This document shows, in pieces, positions 50,831 through 64,000 of a stretch of DNA of 64,000 nt. The stretch's first letter is position 1, and each line of letters begins with the position of its first letter. Below the pieces are notes generated by a model. The model ran no database searches. It had not been told where the DNA came from and saw only the letters and a program-made list of their open reading frames with translations. The DNA comes from Octopus sinensis (taxonomy: Eukaryota): assembly GCF_006345805.1 (NCBI RefSeq), contig NC_043009.1:28086001-28150000 (forward strand), in the 5' to 3' direction. The position numbers and the translations under genes were made by a program.

Positions 50831-51903
50831 GATTAGAATGAAGCATCGAGGATAATGCTAGCTGCAGTCATGGTTGTCGACAAGATGATATTGGTAATGA
50901 TACAGGCACTGATTAAAAAAACGGCAAAAACATTAAAATCCAGAAATCTTTTTAACTGCTTCTTGTCAAATGAAATGATCTCCAAACCTAACCAAATATT
51001 TTTTATTTTCATTTTTGAATTAAATTCCTCAAATTTTTTCTTTGAAAAAAAAACCATGTTGCTCCAAGCTTCCTTCCTTTTCTGCCACCCGCTTCTTGAT
51101 AATACCTCTCCATCTCTATCTCTCTTCATTTTTTTGTTCACCTTCGACCAACTAAATTCCAAATACATTTAACTTGACTTCCTATCTTCCAAAGGTTTCC
51201 TTTTCCCCGAAAAAAATGGTAAAAAAATATATATAAATACACCAATGGAAAAATACCCAAAATAAATAACTATACATAAAAAAGCAACAAAAATATTTAA
51301 TAAAATAAGCAATGAAAAAATTTCTTTGGATTTTCTGTGAGAAGTGTTTTATTTGACAGCCAAATAATTTCATTGAGAATTTTTATATTTATTTTAATAA
51401 AATGAAATTTAAAAAATCAGGAAAAATATAAATGACGTTCTTTTTGAAGTCTACCATTTTATAATCAGTAAAAATTAAGACGAATAAAAAAAATAATTAA
51501 GAATATATGAAAAATAATAAACAAAAAATAAAATAGAACTGAAAAGGAGTATGGTGATGTGAAAGGAACAGAAAGAGAGAGAGAGGGAGAGAGGGAAAGA
51601 TAAATGGTGAAGAAATAGGTTGTGTGTATAAGAAAAAGTGGAACTGATAAAGAGAAAGATAAAAGTTGAACATGTATCAATGCATGTGTGTATTGTATGT
51701 GTGTGTGTATACAAAGACATACATATACTGCTATACATAATCTTTTATGTGTGTATATATATATATATGAATACACACGCACACACACACACACATCTAT
51801 CTGTCTATCAATCTATCTATCTATCTATCTATCTGTTTGTCTACATATATATATATTTGTGTATATACATCCATATATATTATATATATGTGTATATATA
51901 TAT

Positions 51904-51960
<57 letters not shown>

Positions 51961-53164
51961 CATACATACATATATATAATATATATATGTATATATATGT
52001 ATATATGCATGTATGTGTGTGTGTGTATATATATCTACAAATATAATGGGGAAAAACATGTGGAAACAGTCTTGGAGTGTCCTATGGGATAACCTAGATG
52101 AGATGATATATATACAAATACACTGTATATATATATATATATATGTACATATATGTATATATATGTATATATTGCTTATATAATCCACAGACACAGAGGC
52201 ATTGTAAGATAAAATATGCAAGCAAATGTATAAATTAGTCTGTATAGATTTCTTTGAGAGTGTGTATATATTTGTGTATATGCATGCATATGTGTATATG
52301 CATATTCAGTGTGTGTGTATATGTCAGGCTTACTGTTATTTGTGTTTGTCTGTGCATCAACAGTATAGCATACAAATATTACCCCAGATCTTAAAACCTT
52401 AGATCTAGTTGGTCAGACAGAGAGACAGATAGACAGACATATGCAATACAATGGTAAAGGATGTTGAGTTTTAGGAGAAAATTTTCTTAAAAAGTAAATA
52501 ACAAAAATAAACAAAATTAGGAAAAAGTATCGTATAAACAAAACTAAAAATTAAAATTAAAATACGATATAAAAACATCAAACAGAAAGGAAAATGAACT
52601 GAAAAAGGTAAAAAAAAACCCCCAAAACGTAGCCCCACCCTTCCCCAATTTCTTCTTAACACACTGATTATTTGGTTTCGTCAAAATTATTATTTTTTAG
52701 CAAAGACACAATCCTTAAGATGACATCTTTATTACAAAGTAATGACATTTGACTGCCATTGCAAGAGAATGTTGAAATAACCTGTGAAATTATTATTATT
52801 ATTATTATTGTTATTATTACTATTATTATTATTATTATTATTATTACCATTATTATTATCATTATTATTTGCATCCTTTTATATCAGATCACGTGGATAG
52901 CTGTGCTCTTCTTTGAATGGTGCGTAGAGTGATCCCTCATGTATTAAGGTGGTGAGTGGATTTGCTGACATGTCATACAAAACGCTTAGCACCATTCCAT
53001 TTCTTTTGGTGCTTTTTCGTTCAGAGCTAAAATTCTACCAAGGTCGAATTTAACTTTTATTCTTTCAGGGGTCAATAAAATACAATGCTAGCTGAGCCCT
53101 AAGCTTCCAGCCTTTGGCATGCTAACGTTTTTGCCAGCCTTCCACCTTAATTATAATAATATTA

Positions 53165-54855
53165 ACAATCCTTTCTACTATAGGCACAACACCTGGAATC
53201 TGAGGTGAGGGGGATAGTGATCACATCGACCCCAGTACTTGACTGGTACGTAATTTATCGACCCCAAAAGAAGGAAAAGCATAGTCAACCTTGATGGAAT
53301 TTGAACTTGGAATGAAGCAACAGTTGAAATACTGCTAAGTATTCTCCTGGAATACTAACGATTCTGTCAGCTCGCTACCTTTATAATAATAGTAATAATA
53401 AAAATAATAATGATGATGATGATGATTTCAAATATAGGCACAAGGCCAGCAAGACTGGAGGTGAGGTGAATTGATTAGATCAACCACAGTGCTAAACTGG
53501 TACTTATTTTATCAACTCTATAAAGGATGAAAGGCAAAGTCGACCTTAGCAGAATTTGAACTCAGAAAGTAAAGATGGACAAAATATCTAATTCTTTACT
53601 ACCCAGAAGGGGCTAAACACAGAGAGGACAAACAAGGACAGACAAATGGATAAGTCGATTATATCGAGCCCAGTGCGTAACTGGTACTTATTTAATCGAC
53701 CCCGAAAGGATGAAAGGCAAAGTCGACTTTGGCAGAATTTGAACTCAAAACGTAGCAGCAGACGAAATACCAGTAAGCATTTCACCCGGCATGCTAAGGT
53801 TCCTGCCAGCTCACCGCCTAATACCACTAAGCAAATACCACTAGTGGACAAAATACCACTAAGCAATATTTTCCCGACATGCTACCAATTCTGCCAGCTC
53901 ACCATCTTAATAATAATAATAATAATAACAATAATAATAATAATAATAATAATGATGGTTTCAAATTTTGGCTCAAGGCCAGCAACTTCCAAGGAGTGAT
54001 TAAGTTGATTACATCAATCCCAAGGCTCAACTGGTATTTATTTCATCGACGCCAAAAGGATGACAGGTAAAGATGACCTTGGCAGAGTTTGAACCACTAC
54101 GGCAGTGCTCCAACATGGCCGTAGTCAAATGACTGAAACAAATAAAAGAATGAAAGGGTATATACATTTTAAAAATTAAATATAAAACAACATGAAATGA
54201 AAGGAAAAGTTGACCTCGCTAGAATTTCAACTGAGATGGTAAAGAACAATTGAACGGCACCAAGCATTTTGTCCAGCATGCTAACCATTCTGCCAGCTTA
54301 CCACTTTATGCAACATAATAATATTGTAACAGTGTAAATAAGGCAAAAAAGAAAAGAAAAGAAATTCAAGTACATTTAAAAAATTAAATATAAAACAGTG
54401 TGAAATGAAAATGGTGGTACACAAGCATAGACATATATACAAATGTCTCCATACACACTCAATCATTCACACCTTTTCATACACATATATTAATAAATAA
54501 TTGTAATTACAGCTGGATACCACTCAAAACTAGAGTCGCCCAAATGAATATAGAAATTAAAAATTTAAATTTAATTAATCTAAAAGATGTAATAAAAAAA
54601 GCTAACTTAATTAAATGACTTAAATTGTATTTACATACTGAGTAATAGTGGCCAACCCCCTACCAAAAGAAGGGCCTATACGCAAATAATGGTTTCAAGT
54701 TTTGGCACAGGGCCAGTAGTTTTTGAGAGGAGGGGTAAGTCGATTGCATCAGCTCCAGTCCTTGCCTTGTTCTTATTTTATAGGATGAAAAGCAAAGTCG
54801 ACCTTGGCGGAATTTGAGCTCAGAATGTGAAGATGGGTGAAATGTGACCAACTAT
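53165..54855 (-). mobile_element. Cluster of ~6 family B SINE monomers, all minus strand
   Basis: Repeated cacaaggcc...aaggatgaaaggcaaagtcgac...gaactcag units with (TAA)n spacers. Confidence 0.8.
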
Positions 54856-54924
54856 TTTGTCCTGTTTGCTGATGTTTCTGACATCTCACTCCCTCAGGAG
54901 CCTAAAATTTCTTTGGTCTTGTAG

Positions 54925-55260
54925 GCACGAGCATGGCTGCATGACTAAGATGTTCACTTTGGAACCACAGGGTTTTTGGTCCCAATGTGTGCCACCTTGG
55001 GCAATTGTCTTCTATTATAGCCTCGGGCGAACCAAAGCCTTGTGAGTGGATTTGGTAAACAGAAACTAAAAGAAGCCCCTTATATATATATATATATATA
55101 TGACATCCCTGTAACTTAGCGGTTCAGCAAAAGAGACTGATAGAATAAGTACTAGGCTTACAAAGAATAAGTCCTCAGGTTGATTTGTTCAACTAAAGGT
55201 GGTGCTCCAGCATGGCCACTGTCAAATGACTGAAGCAAATAAAAGAATAAAAGAATAAAT
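54925..55260 (+). mobile_element. Family A SINE (internal deletion)
   Basis: Head and tail present. Confidence 0.8.
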
Positions 55261-55371
55261 TCATATACACATATATAAAGCAATGCATACATAATACATA
55301 CATATATACATACATAGACACGTACATATATACATACATACATACAAACATACGTACGTACATACATACAT

Positions 55372-55790
55372 ACAAAAATACCCTGTTGTTGATGTTGAAA
55401 TTCCAATGAAGGAGCCTTGAATCTATGTTAGAAACTGACTCTTTCTCTGTTGACAAGAAATCTTGAAATAAAACTGAACAATAACATACATACAAACATA
55501 CATATAGACATGCATATGTACAGCACTAGGTTTTGTTAGTAAATGCTTAAAGGAGAATCTGGATAAACTGTGATTTTCAAAAAGAGAAACTGACTAGCTA
55601 ATTTGTACATTACAAGTGCAATGTGTGAGTGGAACAGTAAAAATATGCAAGACTTTTCTAAAGTTCCAAATGTGAATTTGTCTGTGTTAACTACATTCCA
55701 CGGATGGAACCTTGTATCTTTGTTGGAAACTGGCTCCCTCCTCAGTGGAAGATTTATAATAATTAGAAAATAGAAGAGACATACATACAT
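55372..55790 (+). mobile_element. Two stacked Dong-like 3' fragments in (TACA)n
   Basis: 55372-55495 matches 60865-60985; 55522-55790 encodes ALGFVSKCLKENLDKL*FSKRETD...VSGTVKICKTFLKFQM* plus 3'UTR ending in (TACA)n. Confidence 0.75.
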
Positions 55791-55994
55791 ACATACATAC
55801 ATACAACATACATGTACATAGAAATAAATGCATGCATACATAGATACAGACATACTTGCATACATACATAAATGCATACATATATACACATACATACATA
55901 CATGCATACATGCATTCATAGATACATAAATGCATACATATATACACATGCATACATACATGCTTACATATATACATACACACATACATACATG

Positions 55995-56026
<32 letters not shown>

Positions 56027-56092
56027 CATACATACATACATGCATGCACACATGCATACATACATGCATACATACATGCATAAATACATAAC

Positions 56093-56490
56093 AGGCGCAG
56101 GAGTGGCTGTGTAGTAAGTAGCTTGCTAACCAACCACATGGTTCCGGGTTCAGTCCCACTGTGTGGCATCTTGGGCAAGTGTCTTCTGCTATAGCATCGG
56201 GCCGACCAAAGCCTTGTGAGTGGATTTGGTAGACAGAAACTGAAAGAAGCCTGTCGTATATATGTATATATATATAAGTGTGTGTATGTTTGTGTGTCTG
56301 TGTTTGTCCTCCTAGCATTGCTTGACAACCGATGCGGGTGTGTTTATGTCCCCGTTACTTAGCGGTTCGGCAAAAGAGACCGATAGAATAAGTACTGGGC
56401 TTACAAAGAATAAGTCCCGGGGTCGATTTGCTCGACTAAAGGCGGTGCTCCAGCATGGTCGCAGTCAAATGACTGAAACAAGTAAAAGAG
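56093..56490 (+). mobile_element. Family A SINE, CpG-rich young copy
   Basis: Full head, body and tail; embedded in (TACA/TGCA)n. Confidence 0.9.
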
Positions 56491-57092
56491 TAAAAGAGTA
56501 TATATATACTTGCATACATACATAAATGCATACATATATACACATGCATACATACATGCATACATGCATACATAGATACATAAATGCATACATATATGCA
56601 CATACATACATGCATGCATGCATACATACATAAATGCATATGTACATATATACACATACATACATTCATACATGCATACATACATACATACATACATACA
56701 TACATACATGCATTGTACTTATGTCTTGGACAATGGATTGACAGAATCATTAGAGGGTCTTACAAAATGCTTTGTTCCAACTCTTCGTGTTTGGAGGTCA
56801 AAATCAATTGATGTCAATTTTGCCTTTCATTTTCCAAAGATCAATAAAATACAGTAACATTCCAGGCTGATGTTGGATTGATGGAATCTTTAGAGAATCA
56901 GACAAAATCTCTAAGAGGCTGATCTAAAAGTTTAAATTAATGCAAAAAATATTATAAACGGAAAAATGGAAATAGATACTTAAAAAGAGACTTAAAAAAT
57001 AAAAAAAAAATACGTGTCTCGATCTCCGCAAGGAAAACATATTTATTTAATGCATAAAATGATATTTTTAGTCAGAATTGTAATTATCTTTT

Positions 57093-57465
57093 ATCCTTTA
57101 CTTGCTTCAGTCATTAGAGTGTGGCCATGCTGAGGCACCACTTTGAAATTTTAGTCAAACGAATCGACCCCTGTACTTATTTTTTAAGCCTGGTACTTAT
57201 TCTTTTGGTCTCTTTTGCTGAACCACAAAATTACAGGGATGTAAACACACCAACACCGGTTGTCAAGTGGTGATGTGGTGACAAACACATGCACACACAT
57301 ATTAATATATATATATATACGACAGGCTTCTTCCCGTTTCTTTCTACCAAATCCACTCACAAGGCTTTGGTCAGCCCGAGGCAATTATAGAAGACACTTG
57401 TTCAAAGTGTAATGCAGTGGGACTGAATCTGGAACCATGTGGTTGGTAAGCAAGCTTCTTACCCA
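57093..57465 (-). mobile_element. Family A SINE
   Basis: Reverse complement of the full element. Confidence 0.85.
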
Positions 57466-57989
57466 CCTAATTCAACTATTTCTATTTCAAACTTATTCCA
57501 GCTCTTTCCATTTTGAATTCAAATCCTAGAAAAGTCAGTTTTGCCTTTTGTTCTTCTGAGATTGGTAAAATTTTAGGTACCAAACCAGTGCCATAAAATC
57601 ATTGGAATGTCATCAAACATGCGCCTTCTGGTATTTATTCTAGTTCTTAACATGCAGAGTTCAATTCCAGCTGATGACAGCATTGCTGTTCATCCTTCTG
57701 ATGTCAATAAAGAAACTGACCAGTCAGGAGTTGGATGTTAGTAGAACCAACCATCCCCACCCCTCAAACCTGAGGCTTTGTGCTTATATAAGAAATAAAT
57801 ATTCTTTTCTACCCTAGGCATAAGGCCTAAAATTTGGGGAAAGGGGATAATCAAATTCATCGACCCCAAAAGGATGAAAGGCAAAGTTGACCTCAGTGAA
57901 ATTTGAACTCAGAATGTAATGAAGGGTGAAATACCTCTAAGCATTTGATCTAGCATGCTAAAGATAGTTTCCTTCTTGAACCATGCCAG

Positions 57990-58222
57990 AATCATAAGGG
58001 CCAGTTTCCCAGTTTTAGTGGCATCTAAATTCCTCACCTGGATGGGACACCAATTCGTCACAAGATTACTTCTTTTTGCCAGCTGAGTGGACTGGAGCAA
58101 AGTGAAATGAAGTGTATTGCTCAAGAACAAAATGCAAAATGCATCGTCTGGTCCAGGAATCGAAACCACAATCTTAGGATCATGAGTCCAATACCCTAAT
58201 CACTAAGCCACACACCTCAACA
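57990..58222 (-). mobile_element. tRNA-headed SINE related to family D
   Basis: Minus strand head gtggcttagtgattagggtattggactcatgatcctaagattgtggtttcgattcc; core tgctccagtccactcagctggcaaaaa. Confidence 0.7.
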
Positions 58223-58330
58223 TAATAAATAAATATTGCCTTTATAAATTTTTCAGTGCTCCCACTGTCTACACAACTTGAATTGTTTCCATTGTGACTA
58301 TTCACAGAAAACTGGGTGACTGAATGTTAA

Positions 58331-58819
58331 CCCTTAGAGCCTGTGTCACTGGTAAAGCAGGGGCAGCGCTAGACATGCACATGGTGTAGCACTGGTAAAA
58401 TCGTGCGGGGTCACTGAGTGCAGCATATCTTTGATTATGTGCGTTTTGACCCCATTTTGATTGACCAATCATTGCTTATGCAATGTAGGAATTGTATCAT
58501 ATGAGGGGCTGCTGAAAAGTTCCTGGCTTTCAGTAAAAAAAAAATACAGGAGAATCAGTTAATTATGGTTTTATTCTCCTCTCAGCTTCACACACTCATT
58601 GCAGCAGTTCTTCAGTGTTTCTAAGCCCTGTAAAAGAACTTGGAAGTTTGGGCCTCCAACCAGACCCTTTGCCATACCTTAAAGCCAGGATCCTTTCAGA
58701 ACCCCTTCGTATGTATGTTCTGACAACCTTGTTTCTTATCCTTATCAGAACAGAGCACAAATGATTCTAGAACCAAAGCACAGAAGCAAATAGCAGCACT
58801 AAGGTCAGAGCTCAAAGGG
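58331..58819. mobile_element. piggyBac-like non-autonomous element
   Basis: TTAA (58327-30) cccttagagc ... gctcaaaggg TTAA (58820-23); 10-bp TIR with 9/10 match. Confidence 0.65.
58502..58709. mobile_element. Mariner-type MITE nested in the piggyBac-like element
   Basis: TA-tgaggggctgctgaaaagttcctggcttt ... aaagccaggatcctttcagaaccccttcg-TA. Confidence 0.8.
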
Positions 58820-59273
58820 TTAAACATCTTAATCCTGGATACAGAGCATGTAGCATGTATTTTGAGACACAAACCATGCACTTTTCTGGGTAAGCAAATA
58901 CCCTTATTGATTTGGCTGTCATAGTTTCATAATCAAATGATAAAAACAGATTAATCATATAATAACATAGTAGAAAGAAAATAGTTTTCCACTTAGTTGT
59001 CTTAATGAAAATTTAACATTGTATGCAAGATAAATCATCGATAGAGATTGTCAGATATTCGAATTACTTTTGAATCCTGAAGCACATTATAATAATTTAT
59101 TACCACTCACTCCATCAGGCTGTATTGACGTTAATATATCAAAGATTGCATTATATATATACACATACACACTTACTCACACACATGTATATGTATATTG
59201 ATCTATCTATCCATCTATATATATATCTATCTATCTATCTATCTATATATATATATATAGATATATATGTAAA

Positions 59274-59304
<31 letters not shown>

Positions 59305-59594
59305 ATATATATGCATGCATGTGTGCATATATATGAATGTATATGTATATAGATATAATGTCTGTGTGTGTTTATATATAATTTATGCACACATATATAT
59401 ATGTTTACATATATACATGCAAACAGATTTATGTATGTATGCATATCTCTCTCATACTCTCTTTTCATCTATCTATCTATCCATCCATCCGTCCGTCCGT
59501 CCGTCCGTCTGTCTGTTTGTCTGTCTATCTATCTATCTATCTATTTATCTGTCTGTCTATCTACATATCTATCTATACAAACATACATACATAT

Positions 59595-60985
59595 GTACTA
59601 CCTCTACCTAAAATGAAAACAAGGTGGAAGAGGCTTAACATCAATCCAAAATGCCTTTGAATATCGCATCATATCCCTTCGGCAACATCTGTTAACCACC
59701 AAGCGTCGAAGTGCATCCTTTGACCAAGTTTGCATACATGAGGCTGATAACATCATAAGACTGGAAGGCAGTTCCTTGAGTGACACTCTTTGTCTGATAA
59801 CCTAGAGCACATGCACAAAGAAGTTGCACGACTCTACCACAACGTATCATCAAATGAAAGGATGAGCCTATATGAGTAGAAGACTATGCATGGATATGTT
59901 AGTAGAAAGCCCTGTGATTGATCATCAATGCAGTTTATCATGGACGAATAGCTGGATTACTACCTCCTACTTTGAAGGGTATGCATTTGCAATCCAGGAA
60001 CAGGAAATATCAACCAAGTACCTGCTATACAAAAGGGATGGAGATGCAGATAAAGCCAATGCAAACTTTGTGGAGTTTACACTGAATATATCACCCACAT
60101 CATAAGTAGGTGTCCGGAAATGTCATCATGGTATTACCTACCAATGAGACATGATGTTGTAGCTAGGACACTCTATAATGAAATTCGTCAAAAGGATAAT
60201 CACGAGGACAAAGAAATAAGAACCCACAATATAGTAGAAGCCATAGCTGCTCATAATAAAAAGGAATAGTGGTGGAATATACCAGTGAAGACCTCAATAA
60301 AATGTAAGCACAACAGACCTGATATAATGATTTGGGATAGAGAAGAGAAACTGTGTACGGTTGTGGAAATTAGTTGCCCAGGAGATGTTAACATAAAGCA
60401 AATGATCAGTGAAAAAGAGAACACCTAAGCTGAACCATTGAGAAATCTGCAATTACTCTATCCAGATTACAAGTTCAGGTTTATACCTGTAATTATTTAG
60501 GCTCTGGGATATGTAACACACTGTCTAAATACCAATCTTGAGTAATTAGGCTTCTCAAAACCAGAGAGGAGAAAACTAATTTGAAGACTACAGATCCAAT
60601 CCATCACTGGAACTGTAAAAATCTGTAAAACTTTCCAGAAGTTTATCATTTAAATATATATGAGCATGTCTAGACATACAATTATATGTGTGAGAATACA
60701 TACATAAAACATACAAATCTGCACATACATACATACATGCATACATGCATGCATACATACATACATACATACATACATACATACATACATGCATGCATGC
60801 ATACATACATACATACATACATACATACATACATACATACATACATACATACATACATACATACAAACAAAAATACCCTGTTGTTAATGTTGAAATTCCA
60901 ATGAAGGAACCTTGGATCTAGGTTAGAAACCAGTTCTTTCTCTAATGGCAAGAAATCTTGAAATAAACTGAATAATGACATACAT
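59595..60985 (+). mobile_element. 5'-truncated R4/Dong element, TACA-associated family
   Basis: LYLPK..GGRGLTSIQNAFEYRI ... EGYAFAIQEQEISTKYL ... RHDVVARTLYN ... KHNRPDIMIWD ... SITGTVKICKTFQKFII*; (TACA)n inside and after the 3'UTR. Confidence 0.85.
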
Positions 60986-61494
60986 ACATGAATACCAAAC
61001 CATGTAAAAATAAATATAGATATGTAATCTTGATGTCTGTATATGTGTATGCATGTCTATATCATATTATATGTAAGTATATATATATATATATATAGCT
61101 ATGTAAGTATGTATGCATTTACACATGTATGCGTATGTATTTATGAGTGCCTCAGTCTTTCTTTCTCTCTCTCTTTATCAATATGTGTGTGTACATGTTC
61201 ATGTGCATGTGTGTGTGATTGTGCCTTCCCAATGTCTTAACGCTGTTTGCCCACAGCATAAACATTCTCATTACATGGTCAGTGATTCTTGCTTGATTTC
61301 ATTAGAAGACCACGCCTAACCATTTTGGTGCCAAATATGCAATTAGAAGGCGGTTTTGTTTCCATGATGATGAGAGGAAGTAGCAGTAGTATCTTATACT
61401 CAGTAACAAGTGAGGGTTAGCGACAGGAAAGGCATCTTGTCTCACAGTAAGTCTCATCTGATATATGCAAGGATGGAAAAAATGGATGTGCAAA

Positions 61495-61905
61495 GTGATG
61501 ATAATGGTGATGATGATGATGATGAAGACAGCAACTACGATGATGATGATGGTGGTGGTGGCGTTGGTAGTGGTAGTGGTGGTGGTGCTACTGCTGCTAC
61601 TGCTAATTATGGTTTAGATGAAGATGGTGATGAAGATGATGATGACGTTGATGATGTCGATGATGATGATGATAGTGATGACACTGATGATGATGATGAT
61701 GAAAATGATGATGATGATAGCGATGACACTGATGATAATGATGATGATGGTGGTGGTGATGATGGCCACAGTGACGATGATAATGGTGATGTTAATGATG
61801 GAAGTGATGATGATGACGACGACGACGATGATGATGATGACGACAATGATGATTATGGTGATGCTGACGATGACGACTCCAACGACGACGATGAGAATGA
61901 TACCA
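61495..61905. repeat. (GAT)-rich degenerate trinucleotide array
   Basis: Follows a decayed family C tail. Confidence 0.9.
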
Positions 61906-62442
61906 TTCACAAAGAGTATACACACACACACACACACAAAGCAGTGTGGTTGTAAAGCCATTATTGACATTAGCACCGATGTTAATATACATTACAATAT
62001 CTATTTAAAAACAGGTTAAAAGTCTATATTTCCTGACTGTATGAGCTTCAGTGAAACTAGTAGGAAAATAGATGCCACTCCTACTTCACGGTTGGATAAA
62101 CTATTTGATGGTGTGTATCCAACTGTAATCCAGCTGGTCTCATACGTCATACAAGCATCAAAAGTTAGCAGACCATTCAGTCTCTAACAAGCAAAGGTAA
62201 ATATTTAAATTAATGCAAAAAATATTATAAAATGAAAAATGGTAATAAATATAACAAAAGCAGAAATAAACCAACAAAAACATGGAAAAAAGTATACAAG
62301 TGTTTCAATCTCTGTAAGGAAAACATTTATTTAATGCATAAAATAATATTTTTAGTTAATCCAAATATTTTTATTTTAAACTTTCCTTTGTCAAGCTAAT
62401 TGACTACCAACTTGCAAAACAAAAATTGGTAAATTTACCGCA

Positions 62443-62815
62443 CTCCGTTGGTTATGACGACAAGGGTTCCAGTTGATCCAATCAATGGAACAGCCTGCTC
62501 GTGAAATTAACTTGTAAGTGGCTGAGTACTCCACAGACATGTGTACCCTTAATGTAGTTCTCAGGGAGATTCAGCATGACACAGAGTGTGATAAGGCTGG
62601 CCCCTTTGAAATACAGGTACAACAGAAACAGGAAGAATGAGTGAGAGAAAGTTGTGGTGAAAGAGTACAGCAGGGTTCACCACCAACCCCTGCCAAAGCC
62701 TTGTGGAGCTTTTGGTGCTTTTGGTCAATAGACACTCACAATGCCCAGTCTGGGAATCGAAACTGCGATCCTATAACCATGAGTCTGCTGCCCTAACCAC
62801 TGGGCCATTGCACCT
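62443..62815 (-). mobile_element. tRNA-derived SINE, family D
   Basis: Head on the minus strand at ~62750-62815 (gcaatggcccagtggttagggcagc...gtttcgattccc); body matches 360-552. Confidence 0.75.
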
Positions 62816-63049
62816 CCACAGTGGATTATATTGACAAAAAGAATCAAAAGTTCACATTTCATCACATTCTTCATGTTGCACTCTTCAGCAAGTTTTTCTA
62901 TTAAAAAAGTCTTCTTCCTTCTCTTTTCAAAGATTATTGCATACGCTGGGGTATAAAACATGCTTCTTTTGTTCTTAAAGGTGACAAAAATGTTGCCATT
63001 CCTCTTGTGAGACCATTTTATAAATGAGATACTTCATGGATGAGTGCAT

Positions 63050-63645
63050 CTTTTATCTTTTACTTGGTTCAGACTATGGCCATGCTGGGACATCACTTTG
63101 AAGTGTTTAGCTGAATAAATTGATGCAGTATCTATTTTAAGCTTTGTACGTATTCTATCGATCTCTATTGCTGAAATATTAGATTATAGGAATGTAAACA
63201 AACCAACACTGGTTGCTAATGTGGTGGTGGTGGTGGTGGTAGTGGGAGACAAACACATACACAAAGTCACACACACACACATACACACATGCACACACAC
63301 ATGCACATACACACATACACACACATGCACGCATGCACACACACACACACATGCACACACACACACATAAACAAGCACACACACACACAAATACATACAC
63401 ACAAACACAAACACACACACAAAAACACACACAAATACATACATACATGCGCGTGAATACACACACATAAACACACACACACACAACAGGTTTCTTTCAG
63501 ATTCTGCCTACCAAATCCTGTCACAAAGCTTCGGTCAGTCCAAGGCTATAGTAGAAGACACTTGCTTTGCATACCATGCAGTGGGATTGAACTCAGAACC
63601 ATGTGGTTGAAAGGCAAACTTCTTAACCACACAGCCACACCTGCA
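63050..63645 (-). mobile_element. Family A SINE with ~250-bp expanded internal (CA)n
   Basis: Head 63480-63645 and tail 63050-63240 separated by (CA/TACA)n. Confidence 0.8.
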
Positions 63646-64000
63646 TATTAGATTAATTTCTTCAATAAAGTACCCATTCCTCCACAAAAATGTAGGGGTC
63701 TATCTTAAACAAGAACGTGTTTTATACACCAGCAAATACAGTATCTGATTTGCCAGGGTAGGTAAGGCATTTTGCTACCTGGTTCCAGCTTTATGTGCAA
63801 ATAAAAGTAGGTGTGTTTGTCGTGGTTGATTGACTTCAGAACAAATATAATCCAGCAGATCGAGGATCAAATACGTTTTGTGTATCTAGGAATACAATGT
63901 CTAATGGATATTATAAGCGGCTACTGTGGTTATTTAACCTCAAATCAGCTATGATTTAGCAATTCTATGGTCACATTTAACAATGAAAGAAGCATCTTAT

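Noticed and set aside
50833-51172. Overlapping 105-111-aa ORFs on both strands
   Set aside because: AT-rich low-complexity sequence with no motif or splice support.
61410-61955. 181-aa Asp-rich ORF resembling acidic biomineral proteins
   Set aside because: It begins inside a decayed RTE-tail repeat and is its (GAT)n expansion; no signal peptide or splice support.

Overview
AT-rich animal nuclear DNA dominated by microsatellites and transposon remains; it looks intronic or intergenic. The SINE, RTE, Dong and Penelope content suggests a cephalopod, probably octopus (inference, no database search). No intact protein-coding gene can be named, and nearly all long ORFs in the supplied track are microsatellite artefacts. 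Supported content: (1) a full-length decayed DD34D mariner with TIRs and TA TSD (6.0-7.3 kb) and a decayed maT/DD37D-like transposon (31.3-32.5 kb); (2) a young Penelope-like element (45.3-47.9 kb) arranged as a ~1 kb inverted repeat, with a GIY-YIG domain and a type I hammerhead ribozyme (HHR) in each arm; (3) several R4/Dong-type restriction-like-endonuclease retroelement 3' ends sitting in (TAA)n or (TACA)n tracts; (4) at least four SINE-like families, one stacked in head-to-tail arrays; (5) a 365-bp near-perfect hairpin, nested MITEs and local duplications; (6) weak candidate minus-strand exons of an unidentified host gene. The most interesting signal is a set of at least eight HHR or HHR-like motifs in about five sequence families. 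One family appears to be a tRNA-headed (Pol III) short element carrying an HHR, with a Penelope-style inverted 5' duplication. Repeat boundaries are read by eye (about +/-20 bp); HHR, TIR and exon coordinates were counted directly.
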